This document shows, piece by piece, positions 17,457-26,529 of a DNA stretch of 42,281 nt. The first letter of the stretch is position 1. Each line of letters begins with the position of its first letter. This DNA comes from a virus (Duplodnaviria; Caudoviricetes). The notes under the pieces were generated by a model. It saw nothing but the letters and a program-made list of their open reading frames with translations, did not search any database and was not told where the DNA came from. The DNA lies in IMG/VR virus record IMGVR_UViG_3300048857_000051, positions 1 to 42,281 of that record; one strand, given 5' to 3'. A program made the translations under genes and the position numbers.

Positions 17457-17891
17457 TCAGACCGCGGTTGCGGCGTAGGCAGTGGACCGAAAATCGAACT
17501 GCGCCCACGCCCGCACCCGGGACGTGTCGGGGTCGTCAGGCATGCCCTCGTAGAGGCAAGGTGCGGCGCCCTCGACGGGAGCCCATCCGATCAGCGCCGC
17601 ATGCAGCTGGTCGCGGGCGTCCATCAGTGCCTCGGCAGCCCCCATCCCGGGAGCGTCGGAGGTGTTCTCCACCGCCACGACCACCCCGAAGCGGGCCGGC
17701 AGCTCTGTTGCGAGGTCGGACAGCTCGACCACCGCCTCCCCCGTATCGGACAGCGGCAGGACGAAAGCATGCGGCACGGGGAAGTCGTCGTTGGCGTAGA
17801 GCTTCCGCATGGTCGCTGCACCCGCAACACGCCCCCCGAAGATCGGGCACTCACCGCGAATGCGCTGGATAATCAGCGATGGGCGGATCAT
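17457..17891 (-). CDS. Tail terminator / completion protein
   Basis: IIQRIR..CP.FGGRVAGAA, P.AFVLP, ALIGW.P; gene order. Confidence 0.8.
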   Translation of the reverse strand: MIRPSLIIQRIRGECPIFGGRVAGAATMRKLYANDDFPVPHAFVLPLSDTGEAVVELSDLATELPARFGVVVAVENTSDAPGMGAAEALMDARDQLHAALIGWAPVEGAAPCLYEGMPDDPDTSRVRAWAQFDFRSTAYAATAV

Positions 17892-18412
17892 GGATGGCTC
17901 CCGAAGCGATCAACCGCGCGCTGCATGGCCTGGACCAGCTTGCCCTCGAACTCGCGCTGTAGCGGGGTCCATATCGGGCGCGGTGCGCGAGTGCCGCCCG
18001 CGCCGATGCGCTTGCCCCGCTTCGCTGGGCGCGCTCCGAACTCCAGAAAGTGCCGATAGAAGGCAGGGCCGCGATTGGCGAAGACCTTCGCGCCATATCC
18101 CTTGTCGGCGCGCGGGAACTTGCTCCGAACAGAGGCAAGCAAGTTACCGGACGCCTTTGCCGGGGGGCGACCCGGCGCGGAGGCGGTGTAGGTCGGGATG
18201 CGCCGAGCCTTGCTGAAGAAGCGAGCGCGGCGGGCATTCTTAGCGGCCTCGTAGGTCCGCCCCGTGCCGGCCTGGGCAAGCCTAGCGGCGGCCGTCTCAC
18301 GGCCCTCCTTGGTGACCTTCCGGATCTCGGCCTTGATCGCGTTGTCGAGCTTCTTCGCGTCGGTCGCCAGCTTCAGGAACTCGCCGGCGCCATTGTGCTG
18401 AATGCCGATCAT
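17888..18412 (-). CDS. HK97 gp10-like neck/tail component
   Basis: ASAPGRPPA..SGNL..S, FYRHFLEFG, APRP motifs. Confidence 0.8.
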   Translation of the reverse strand: MIGIQHNGAGEFLKLATDAKKLDNAIKAEIRKVTKEGRETAAARLAQAGTGRTYEAAKNARRARFFSKARRIPTYTASAPGRPPAKASGNLLASVRSKFPRADKGYGAKVFANRGPAFYRHFLEFGARPAKRGKRIGAGGTRAPRPIWTPLQREFEGKLVQAMQRAVDRFGSHP

Positions 18413-18744
18413 GTGGGCGCCGTGACCTCCTCGGCCATGATCTCCAGCACCGTGCGGCGGCCGTCCGGGTCGCGGGCATCGCGAACCTTGTAGCGATTGG
18501 TCGTGCCGTCGATGCGGACGTGATCGAAGTCCGCCGGATTGCGCCAGCGGAGGGTGACGCGGTGGGTCAGCCGCTCCTCCATCTGGATCCCGGCGGCATA
18601 GACGGAGCCGCGGGTCGCCTCCACGGCGCCCCAGACCTCGGCGACAATGGCGAAGGCGTCTGTCAGGTATCCCGCGTCGTTTGACGCCTGCGACCGCTGC
18701 TCAAGCACTAGGCGATGCCGCAGCCGGCCAGCCTCTACGGCCAT
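18409..18744 (-). CDS. Head closure protein (head-tail adaptor)
   Basis: AGRLRHRLVL, VWGAVE, THRVTLRW. Confidence 0.85.
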   Translation of the reverse strand: MAVEAGRLRHRLVLEQRSQASNDAGYLTDAFAIVAEVWGAVEATRGSVYAAGIQMEERLTHRVTLRWRNPADFDHVRIDGTTNRYKVRDARDPDGRRTVLEIMAEEVTAPT

Positions 18745-19319
18745 GAGACGATGAACGGCTTGATCAGCCGCTCTACGGTCGGGTTCACGACGTAGGCCTT
18801 GCCCTGCGAGCCACCCTCGCGGTTCTCGAACAGGTCACCCAAGACCAGAAGGATCGCAGCCTTGAGTGCGCGGGGCACCTCGTCAGCATTGGCGTAGCCG
18901 GCGGCATAGGTGATCCGGAGCCGGTCCGACGACCAGGCCCAACCGTCTAGGCGGGTGATGGCGCCAGCACTCGCGAAGGGCCCCGAGGGAGCGGAGACGC
19001 GGTAGAGGGTGGAGGGCACCACCGTCGCCACGTCGGCGCTGTCCAGCGTCTCCACCAGCGTCACGGCCCTCAGAGGCGCGTAGGGCAGGCCGAAGGACGT
19101 GGCGCGGCGCCAGTCGCACCAAGCCGGCGCAGGGAGCGTCACGGACCACACCTGCGGCATCAGGGCCCGGTGGGTCAGGCTCTCGACGTGCTGCACGGCC
19201 GCGGCCAGCAGCACCTCGATCGCGAAATCCTCGGCGGCGCTGTCGACACGCAGATGCGCCTTCGCCTCGTCCAACGCGAGCGGGCCCGCCGCGGGCGCCG
19301 TGACGAGCCGAAGTTCCAT
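18735..19319 (-). CDS. Head-tail connector protein (gp6-like)
   Basis: LDEAKAHLRVD, ITYAAGY, VP.ALKAAILL...LFENRE. Confidence 0.9.
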   Translation of the reverse strand: MELRLVTAPAAGPLALDEAKAHLRVDSAAEDFAIEVLLAAAVQHVESLTHRALMPQVWSVTLPAPAWCDWRRATSFGLPYAPLRAVTLVETLDSADVATVVPSTLYRVSAPSGPFASAGAITRLDGWAWSSDRLRITYAAGYANADEVPRALKAAILLVLGDLFENREGGSQGKAYVVNPTVERLIKPFIVSWP

Positions 19320-19321
19320 AG

Positions 19322-19606
19322 TCAGTCGGCCGCCTTGGTCTTGGCAGCGGGTTCGGCGGCCTTCTCCTCGCGAGCGGCGGCGCGCTCGGCCTTGGCGGCC
19401 TCGGCATCCACCTTGGCGCGGGCTTTGGCGCCGGCAGCGGCGGCGCGCTCACCGGCAGGGGCATCGCCCTTGTCCATCTCCAGCACGCCCAGTGCGGCCA
19501 GCTGGTCCGCGTGGGCGCGGGTCGTGGTGAACACGTCGCCCGGCTGCATCTGGCCCGCCGGCACCATAACGGGCTGGGAAGCGACGACTTCGACGGTTTC
19601 GGTCAT
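19322..19606 (-). CDS. Small head-region protein with an Ala/Lys-rich tail
   Basis: ATG 19606; PGDVFTTTRAHADQLAALGVLE. Confidence 0.65.
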   Translation of the reverse strand: MTETVEVVASQPVMVPAGQMQPGDVFTTTRAHADQLAALGVLEMDKGDAPAGERAAAAGAKARAKVDAEAAKAERAAAREEKAAEPAAKTKAAD

Positions 19607-19610
19607 GAGG

Positions 19611-19802
19611 TCAGCCCTTCTGCTTGACGCGACGCGGCGTCTCGTCCGCGGTCTCTTCAACCTTCAGGGCGTCCGCGACCTCGATCGCTAGGCCGCGCTT
19701 TGTCATCTCGGCGCCGCGGGCGTCGCTCACCTCGAACTCGGTGCCAGCGTGGAGCATCCCCACGTCGGACGCGTGGAAGCTGTCCAAAGCCTTCATCCGC
19801 AT
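19611..19802 (-). CDS. Small head-region protein
   Basis: AAGGAG RBS, ATG 19802; AGTEFEVSDARGAEMTKRGLA. Confidence 0.7.
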   Translation of the reverse strand: MRMKALDSFHASDVGMLHAGTEFEVSDARGAEMTKRGLAIEVADALKVEETADETPRRVKQKG

Positions 19803-19814
19803 GGCTTGTCTCCT

Positions 19815-19850
19815 TGGGAAAGAGGTGGCGGCCGGGTTCTCCCGGCCGCC
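19815..19850 (-). terminator. Hairpin / weak terminator after the capsid gene
   Basis: Perfect 10-bp stem ggcggccggg (19827-19836) / cccggccgcc (19841-19850), followed on the - strand by acctcttt. Confidence 0.6.
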
Positions 19851-19858
19851 GATCAGGG

Positions 19859-21178
19859 TCAGGTCACCTGCCCGAGGTCGCCCTTGATGAAGGCTTCCGG
19901 CCGGTAGACGGCCAGGCCCAGGCGCTCCTCGGCGCGGATGGTGACCAGGTTCTTGATGAAGTTGTCCTGGTCCTCGGTGCTGATCTCGACGTTCGCGTCC
20001 TCGCGGTCGAAGATCTGCGCGCCGAGCTGGAAGGCGCCGACGAGGAACTTGTCGGTCGTCATAGCCTGGGTGGCCACCACCGGCAGGTTCCAGAGACGAT
20101 CCTGCACGCTGCCCTGGGGGTTCGCGAACAGATAGGCGCCGTCCGTGGTCTTGCTCAGCTCGATCCCGGCCCACTGGATCGGGTTCAGGACGATGCCGGT
20201 GGCCGGGAACTCGGCCAGGGCCGCCTGCAGCATCGCGAGACGCAGCGTGTCAACCATGGTCGGGGAGGTCACGCCCGTACCAGCCGGCGCGGCGAAGGCC
20301 GTCGCCTGGGTGTAGATGCCGTTCAGGTCGGTGCCCGTGCCGCCACCCATCAGGAGCTGCAGTTCCTCGACATAGGCCAGGCCGTAGCGCAGGCGCCCGT
20401 CGATGTAGGACTGCAGCTGCGGCACGTCGTCCAGGATCTGCTTCGTCGCCTTCACCCAGTGGGCGATGGTCGTGACCGAGGTGGTCATGATGTCGAACTT
20501 GATCTCGGACTGAGGCTTCGCCGTCCCCGCCGTCTCCGATACCGTGGCGGCGGAGTTGGTGAAGCCGGTCTCCTTCACGTACTGGATCGCGTTGGAGTTG
20601 GTCCGGCCCGGCGTCAGCAGGTCGCGCACCGTCAGACGGCGGGTGGGCACCGCCAGGATGCCAGGGCGGCGATCCGGCACGATGAGATCGCCGGCCGAGC
20701 CGTTGGCATCGGTGGTGAGGGCCGAGATGATGGCCTTGGTCTCGACGGAGACCTTGCCGCGCCGACCGCCGGCGAGGAAGGCCTTCACCTCGTCGCTCTC
20801 GACCACCTGCCGGCCGAGGGTCTTCACCTCGGGACGCTCGTCAGAGCCGCGGCGGGCCATCTTCTGCTCAAGCTCGCCGAGCCGGGCGGCGACGCCGTTC
20901 ATCTCGGACAGCGCCTTGTCGGCGTTGACCTTAGTCTCGTCGGTCAGCTTGCCGAGGTTCTTCAGCTCGGTGGAGGTCTTCTCGGCGAAGGACTTAACCT
21001 CGTCGGTGGCCTTCTTTAGGTCGCCAGCGAGAGCCTTGAACTCGGCCTCGCCCGTGCCGCGACCGCCATCCATATCGAAGACAGGACGCCCAAGGTTGGA
21101 CAGCCCATGCCGCTCGGCGAACATGGGGATATAGCCGCCGGCAAGGCCGGCAATCAGCGCAATGCGGCGCATGGTCAT
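19859..21178 (-). CDS. Major capsid protein, HK97 family
   Basis: RRLTVRDLL, TIAHW...KQILDD.PQLQSYI..RL.YGL, NLVTIRAEERLGLAVYRPEAF. Confidence 0.96.
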   Translation of the reverse strand: MTMRRIALIAGLAGGYIPMFAERHGLSNLGRPVFDMDGGRGTGEAEFKALAGDLKKATDEVKSFAEKTSTELKNLGKLTDETKVNADKALSEMNGVAARLGELEQKMARRGSDERPEVKTLGRQVVESDEVKAFLAGGRRGKVSVETKAIISALTTDANGSAGDLIVPDRRPGILAVPTRRLTVRDLLTPGRTNSNAIQYVKETGFTNSAATVSETAGTAKPQSEIKFDIMTTSVTTIAHWVKATKQILDDVPQLQSYIDGRLRYGLAYVEELQLLMGGGTGTDLNGIYTQATAFAAPAGTGVTSPTMVDTLRLAMLQAALAEFPATGIVLNPIQWAGIELSKTTDGAYLFANPQGSVQDRLWNLPVVATQAMTTDKFLVGAFQLGAQIFDREDANVEISTEDQDNFIKNLVTIRAEERLGLAVYRPEAFIKGDLGQVT

Positions 21179-21188
21179 GGGGGTTCTC

Positions 21189-21908
21189 TCAGGAGAGGTT
21201 GAGGGAGAAGCCGCTGAGCAGGCCGCGGAGATCCGCGACGGCTGCCTTGGCTTCGTCGGTCATCGCCTCGCCGTCCCCGCGCTCCCGCGCGATCAGGCTC
21301 TTGTATCCACCGGCGGCGAAGGCGGCGGCTTGGGCGCGAGACAGGCCAAACTGCTCCCGCAGCGCCTCCTCGACTTCCCGAAGGGTGGGCACCTCGCCAT
21401 CGGCAAGGCGCGACTTGATGCTTTCGACCTTAGCGAGGCTGTTGCTGGCGGCGTCCACCAGCGACACCTCGACCAGGTGCAGAGACTTCAGCGTGCGCTT
21501 CGGCTCGCCCGGCTTCTTGCCGTAGACGGCGCCGTTGGTCGCAACGCGGTAGCCGATCGACAGGCCCTTGAGCGCGCCATCACGCACCAGCGCGCGGATG
21601 CGGCGGCCATAGTCAGTGTCGAGGGCAGAGATGCGCCCTTTGACCCGCAGGCCGCGCGCGTCCTCCTCCATTTCGGTCCACACGCCCACCGGCAGCGGGT
21701 CCGCTCCCATGGCGGGGCCGTGCTGGGCGTACATTGTCGGCAGCCCGCCGCGCGCCTTGTGCTGCGCCAGGCTGGCCGCGAAGGCTCCAGGGACAATCAT
21801 GTCCCCGTGGCTATCCACGTTTCCGAAAATGGACCCGTAGCCCTCGAACTCGCCGGCGGTATCGCTGGCAAACTTCACCTCCAGCGGGCCGATGAAACGG
21901 TCCGTCAT
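21189..21908 (-). CDS. Prohead protease, HK97 family
   Basis: FEGYGSIFGNVDSHGD, QH, GLSIGY, LVEVSLV. Confidence 0.95.
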   Translation of the reverse strand: MTDRFIGPLEVKFASDTAGEFEGYGSIFGNVDSHGDMIVPGAFAASLAQHKARGGLPTMYAQHGPAMGADPLPVGVWTEMEEDARGLRVKGRISALDTDYGRRIRALVRDGALKGLSIGYRVATNGAVYGKKPGEPKRTLKSLHLVEVSLVDAASNSLAKVESIKSRLADGEVPTLREVEEALREQFGLSRAQAAAFAAGGYKSLIARERGDGEAMTDEAKAAVADLRGLLSGFSLNLS

Positions 21909-23158
21909 TCCTCGCCCTCCAGGATGCGTGCGTTTGGCGCCGGCAGCTTGGCCCGACTGGTGGCGTCACCGAGCCTGTCCAGCGGCATCATGTTGCTCTG
22001 CGCGATCAGGTCATCGCCGCCGGGCAGCGGAGGCAGGCCTTCGCGGGCCCGCCCCTCGTTCGGCGTCATGATCGGTCCGCCGACCATCTTCTGCAGGTAC
22101 TCGGCCCGTCCCTGGCTGTCCGCGCGCAGTAGGCCTTCGACGTTGAAGTCGATCTCCACCCTGCCGCGCTCGGCAGGGGTCAGCAGCCGGCGGCGGATCG
22201 CCTGCTCGGCGTTCTTCAGCACTGGCCGAAGCGTCAGGGTATGAAAGGCGAGCATCTGCTGCTCCAGCCCCGTTCCCCAGCTGGTGGACTTCTGTGTGTG
22301 GCCGACCATGTAGGGCGGCACGCCATACCAGCGGCAAATCTCCTCGACCGAGAACCCCCTGGTCGCCAGCAGTTCGGCCTCTTGCGGCGGCATGGTGGCG
22401 CTCTCGAACTTCATGCCGCCCTCAAGGAGCGGCGTCCGGCCGGCGTTCCGTGCGCCGTGCCAGCCGGCAATCACCTCGCGCATCTTCTCGCGGTCCGGCG
22501 CGGAGAGGATGTTCGGCAGCACGTAGTGCCCCGGCACCCGCAGCCCGTCCGCGAACAGCTTCCCGGCCGCCTCGTCCGCCGCCATGGCCAGGCCGAGAGA
22601 GTGCCGGGCCTGCGCGATGGGCGACATGCCGATCAGGCCGTCATGGGACAGGCCCTTGATGTGCAGAACGTTCTCTTCCGCGATGACCCGGAAGCCGGCC
22701 GGATCGCTGAAGCGGTACTCGATCGCTCCGTCCTTGCGCCGGACCGGTACCACCAGGCGGGGAGCCAAGGGAGCAATCGCCACCACGCGCCCGCCTGAGC
22801 GGAATACCTCGGCATAGGCATTGCCCCAGGTCATGAGGGCCACGCCCATGGCAGACCAGAACTCCACGGCCGTCATGTCCGCGTTCGGCGCGTCGTGCAG
22901 CAACGGATAAAGTGCGTGATCGCGGGTTGGCCGGGTCGCGGTACCGTCCCAAACCTTGATCTCAACCGGCAGCGTGCCCCAGGTTTGCGCGATCAGCCGG
23001 ACGCAAGCCCATGCCGTCGCCAGCTGCATGGCGCTATCGACTGTGACGCTCTTGCCGGCATGGCTTTCGCCGCCACCCAGAGCCCGGACGAGGCGTGTGT
23101 CAGTGAGCCCGACGCTGCGGGCCAGCACCGTCACGACCGCCTTGGTCAGCCAATTCAT
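21905..23158 (-). CDS. Portal protein, HK97 family
   Basis: WACVRLIA, PNADMT, GNAYA, G.SPI, EEICRWYGVPP, MTPNEGRAREGLPPLPGGD. Confidence 0.96.
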   Translation of the reverse strand: MNWLTKAVVTVLARSVGLTDTRLVRALGGGESHAGKSVTVDSAMQLATAWACVRLIAQTWGTLPVEIKVWDGTATRPTRDHALYPLLHDAPNADMTAVEFWSAMGVALMTWGNAYAEVFRSGGRVVAIAPLAPRLVVPVRRKDGAIEYRFSDPAGFRVIAEENVLHIKGLSHDGLIGMSPIAQARHSLGLAMAADEAAGKLFADGLRVPGHYVLPNILSAPDREKMREVIAGWHGARNAGRTPLLEGGMKFESATMPPQEAELLATRGFSVEEICRWYGVPPYMVGHTQKSTSWGTGLEQQMLAFHTLTLRPVLKNAEQAIRRRLLTPAERGRVEIDFNVEGLLRADSQGRAEYLQKMVGGPIMTPNEGRAREGLPPLPGGDDLIAQSNMMPLDRLGDATSRAKLPAPNARILEGEE

Positions 23159-23161
23159 GGG

Positions 23162-24952
23162 CTACAGCGCCAAGGGCGCGGAGAGGAAGTCGCTCATCGA
23201 ACCCCCTCCTTCCGCGGCTGCCATGTCGCGGCCCAGCGCCATGATTGCCGCCACCACGCCGTCGATCTTGTTCTCGGGCCGCTCCTTGCGCGGGTAGATG
23301 TTCTCCTTCGCGTCCGTGTGACAGACGACGTTCGAGACCATCCATGCCAGCACGGGGCATCCGTCGTGCCGCACCTCTCCCTTCAGGACGAGGGCCGCCA
23401 GTTCCTTCATCGGGGCGGAGAAGTTCGCCACCGTGTTCCGATACTCGATGACGGACGCGCCGTTCGCCTGCAGTCGCTGCGCCAGGTCCGCGGCCTGCCA
23501 GGGATCGTAGGCCACCTCGCGCACCCGGAAGCGGCTCGCGTCCTCCAGCACCTCGGCCTCGATCGCGGCGAAGTCGGTAGCGTCGCCCGGCGTGACCTGC
23601 AGGCGGCCCGCAATCTCCCAGCCACCATAGGCGGCGTTGCGCGCGTCCAGCACTGCCGCCTCGGGCAGGTAGTGCCGGCCGAACAGGTAGCGGACCCCAT
23701 CACGCTTGAAGAGGTAGATCTTGGACGCAATGTCAGTCTTGGTCGCCAAGTCCAGAGCAATCACGCATTCCTCGCCCTCAAAATCGTCTAGGCTGAGGGT
23801 CGGATCCGCGCATTTCTCCCAGGCACCGGAGGGCAGCCAGGCGCTGTCGGCGTTGACCCAGACGTCCAGGTGCTTCGTCTTGAAGTTGCTCTGCGCCGCG
23901 GGGAGCTGCATGGCCTTGGCGGCCAGCTGCCCCACCACATCCGGCATCACTGAGACGCCCCAGTTCGGATTGGCCTTCCGCCAGGTCGCCGGCGCCGTCC
24001 AGTCGTCGCCCTCGTCGATAGAGTAGATCACCCCGAACTGGCTGTCGTCCGTCACCTGCCCGCCGAGAACCTTGGTCACATAGGTGCGCTGCTCGTAGCA
24101 GACGCCCGACTTGTCGCTTCCGGCGGTGGTGATGACCCAGAGGAGCGACTGAGGCCGCTTGCCGGTTCCGGTCTCGATCACGTCATAGACGGCGCGGGTC
24201 TTGTGGGCGTGGAGTTCGTCCACCACCGCGCAATGGATGTTCAGCCCGTCCAGGCTGGAGCCCTCAGCCGATAGCGCCTCGAACTTGGAGGCGGTCCGGA
24301 GGACGTGAATGTTGTGCGCCGCGACCGTCACGCCCAGCTGCGTCGCGAGATCCGGGACCTTCCGCGCCATCGCCTGGGCATCCCGGAAAACGATCCGGGC
24401 CTGATCCCGTGTGGTGGCCGCGCTGTAGACCTCGGCGCCGCCCTCTCCGTCTGCGGCCAGCATGTACAGCCCGATCCCGGAGGATAGGGCCGACTTCCCG
24501 TTACCGCGGGGGACCTCGACATAGGCCCGGCGGAAGCGCCGCTTGCCCGTCTCCCGATCCACCCATCCGAAGACGGTGGTCAGGATCCAGCACTGCCAGG
24601 CTTCCAGGTGCAGCCGCTGGCCCGCCATGGGCCCCTTGATGTGCGGCAGCCGCTCGATGAACCGACAGACCCGTCCTGCCCGCTGCTCGTCGAAGCGGAA
24701 GCGCCATCCGGTGCGCGCCAAGTCGTCCAGTTGCCGCTTGCAGGCCTTCCGCACCCAGGAGCAGGCCGGGATCGTCTTCGCTACGACGCCGCGGGCGTAC
24801 TCCAGGCCGCGCAGGACATGCGTATCACTGTATGAACTCGTCGAACTCGCCGGCCGGCTTGTCGCTGCCTTCCGGGGCGAGGACCTTGCTGCGCGACGCG
24901 GGGGTCCATCCGAGTTCGGTAAGGCAGCTCTTGAGGATCGAGAACTCGGCAC
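23162..24952 (-). CDS. terL: Terminase large subunit (start uncertain)
   Basis: Walker A VPRGNGKS, Walker B VVDELH, ITTAG, nuclease DLA..TD and KIDGVVA. Confidence 0.95.
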   Translation of the reverse strand: MPSSRSSRAALPNSDGPPRRAARSSPRKAATSRPASSTSSYSDTHVLRGLEYARGVVAKTIPACSWVRKACKRQLDDLARTGWRFRFDEQRAGRVCRFIERLPHIKGPMAGQRLHLEAWQCWILTTVFGWVDRETGKRRFRRAYVEVPRGNGKSALSSGIGLYMLAADGEGGAEVYSAATTRDQARIVFRDAQAMARKVPDLATQLGVTVAAHNIHVLRTASKFEALSAEGSSLDGLNIHCAVVDELHAHKTRAVYDVIETGTGKRPQSLLWVITTAGSDKSGVCYEQRTYVTKVLGGQVTDDSQFGVIYSIDEGDDWTAPATWRKANPNWGVSVMPDVVGQLAAKAMQLPAAQSNFKTKHLDVWVNADSAWLPSGAWEKCADPTLSLDDFEGEECVIALDLATKTDIASKIYLFKRDGVRYLFGRHYLPEAAVLDARNAAYGGWEIAGRLQVTPGDATDFAAIEAEVLEDASRFRVREVAYDPWQAADLAQRLQANGASVIEYRNTVANFSAPMKELAALVLKGEVRHDGCPVLAWMVSNVVCHTDAKENIYPRKERPENKIDGVVAAIMALGRDMAAAEGGGSMSDFLSAPLAL

Positions 24953-25208
24953 CGGTCAGCCAATCCCTCCGGAACTTCGCCATGAGGCGGGAGACCATCT
25001 CCAGGGTTGGACCGTCAGCCGTCGTCAGGACGCCGCGCGGAGCATTGGCGACCAGCTCGCGCCAAAGGGCCGCCTCGTCACTCGCCAGGTAGGCCGGCGC
25101 GCCCTGCAGAGGGGCCGCCTTGGCCTCCGGAGGCCTCTTGCGCTGCGGGTCCTTGGTGAATGCGCCGCGGAGGGTCAGGACCTCGGTCGGCAGTCGTGGC
25201 CGAGCCAT
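24825..25208 (-). CDS. terS: Terminase small subunit (P27-like)
   Basis: MARPRLPT..L.LRG, AP.YL, LGWTPASRSKV; upstream of terL. Confidence 0.88.
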   Translation of the reverse strand: MARPRLPTEVLTLRGAFTKDPQRKRPPEAKAAPLQGAPAYLASDEAALWRELVANAPRGVLTTADGPTLEMVSRLMAKFRRDWLTGAEFSILKSCLTELGWTPASRSKVLAPEGSDKPAGEFDEFIQ

Positions 25209-25224
25209 CGCCCCAGGCCTCCCA

Positions 25225-25300
25225 TTATGCGGATGCGGAAAATCGACTTGGGGCGCGGTCTAGAACCCCAACTGCCTAGACTTTCGACCCTCCCCCCCCG
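25225..25300 (-). other. Candidate cos region
   Basis: Intergenic between HNH and terS, where HK97-like cos sites lie; G-run followed by gaccgcgccccaag. Exact cut site is unknown. Confidence 0.4.
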
Positions 25301-25645
25301 TCAGGGATGATCGGATGGGCCCCGTCGCTGCGCCCCGCTGGCCGTTAGGCTGGCGTGACACGGCTGGCACAGAGGCCGCAGGTTGGACCGCTCCAGCCTT
25401 AAGTCAGGCCGCTGAACGATCGGCACGATATGATCCACGTCCCTTGCTGCAGTCACCCTGCCCTGCTCCATGCAGAACCGGCACAGCGGTTCGGCAGCCA
25501 GCACGGCGAGGCGAAGGCGCTGCCAAGCGTAGTCGTAGCCTCGGGCAGCACTGGAGCCGCGCCGGCTATCGAGCGTCGCAAGCTGCTCACGCCGTGCTGC
25601 GGGCTGGTAGTGTGATGGGCGATGGACCGGGGGACGGGAGGGCAT
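25301..25645 (-). CDS. Terminase-associated HNH endonuclease (HK97 gp74-like)
   Basis: RGY...WQRLR, PLCRFC, VDHIVP, NLRPLCQPCH. Confidence 0.92.
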   Translation of the reverse strand: MPSRPPVHRPSHYQPAARREQLATLDSRRGSSAARGYDYAWQRLRLAVLAAEPLCRFCMEQGRVTAARDVDHIVPIVQRPDLRLERSNLRPLCQPCHASLTASGAQRRGPSDHP

Positions 25646-25656
25646 CAGCAGCCCCC

Positions 25657-25693
25657 AAATGAAAAGCGCCCGAGGCCGTCAGGCTCCGGGCGC
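25657..25693 (-). terminator. Intrinsic terminator just upstream of the late genes
   Basis: On the - strand: gcgcccg-gagcc-tgac-ggcctcgggcgc followed by ttttcattt. Confidence 0.65.
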
Positions 25694-25736
25694 ACGTAGG
25701 GCGTTGCGCGGATGATGGTTCTTCGAAACGCCTCTG

Positions 25737-26216
25737 TCAATAGTCGTATCGAAGGTGATTTGCGAGCGCCGTGGACCCGCGCCTCACCAGAGGCAGCCCA
25801 CCTGACATGGTAGGGAACAGACCGTCCGCTACCAGGGCCAGCGCATGGCGCGTCTCAGGCGGGGCACGGTCAAGCAAGCGGCAGTAGTCCCGCCAAGCAT
25901 GGGCCTGTGCATCGCTCATCTCGCCAAAGCCGCCAACCCGCTGGCCATAGCCTGCTGAGGTAGCTCCCCGCCTACCACTCTCCTCGTACAGGTCAGCCAG
26001 GCGGGCCAGTGCATCGCACTGACGATCCATGAGCAGGCCTGTGCGCCTGTAATGGGCGATGGGGCCGCTATCCTCCATCCAGCGGATGAGGACACCTGCC
26101 TCGGCTGTCTCCACGACCGTGGAGGCCCTGGCCATCATGGCAGGGCCAGTGGCGCCATGATCAGCACGCGGGCGCTGCGGCGGGGGCGCAGGCTGCTTAC
26201 GCTTGGGCTTAGCCAT
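25737..26216 (-). CDS. Hypothetical protein at the late-regulator (Q-like) position
   Basis: GAGGAG RBS; last gene before the late leader; function inferred from position only. Confidence 0.65.
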   Translation of the reverse strand: MAKPKRKQPAPPPQRPRADHGATGPAMMARASTVVETAEAGVLIRWMEDSGPIAHYRRTGLLMDRQCDALARLADLYEESGRRGATSAGYGQRVGGFGEMSDAQAHAWRDYCRLLDRAPPETRHALALVADGLFPTMSGGLPLVRRGSTALANHLRYDY

Positions 26217-26377
26217 TAGCGCCAGATCTCCTCAATCCTGCGATTGTCATTCGCCGTCGCGCCCACCCTCGCCCACCAGTCGACGGTCTCGCGGGTGTGG
26301 AGGAGGTCGCGCGCCGTGCGCATCCCGCCCAGCATCGCCGACCAGTGGTGCGGGCGGATCGTCAGGGGGCGGGTCAT
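26216..26377 (-). CDS. Small hypothetical protein (53 aa; not in the ORF track)
   Basis: MTRPLTIRPHHW...IEEIWR; ATGA and TAATG overlaps with both neighbours. Confidence 0.55.
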   Translation of the reverse strand: MTRPLTIRPHHWSAMLGGMRTARDLLHTRETVDWWARVGATANDNRRIEEIWR

Positions 26378-26529
26378 GGGCGCCTCGCGTTCAGCCGACG
26401 AAAGGCAATCTGGTCACGCAACGGGATGAAGACCTTCGGGCAACGCAAGAACGCCGGGCCGTAGCGCCCCGCCCGCCTTGCGCCACAAGCGATCGTGCGC
26501 ACTGCCGCACGCTGGAAGAACTTCGCCAT
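26374..26529 (-). CDS. Small basic hypothetical protein
   Basis: GGAGG RBS; TGATG overlap; MAKFFQRAAV. Confidence 0.5.
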   Translation of the reverse strand: MAKFFQRAAVRTIACGARRAGRYGPAFLRCPKVFIPLRDQIAFRRLNARRP

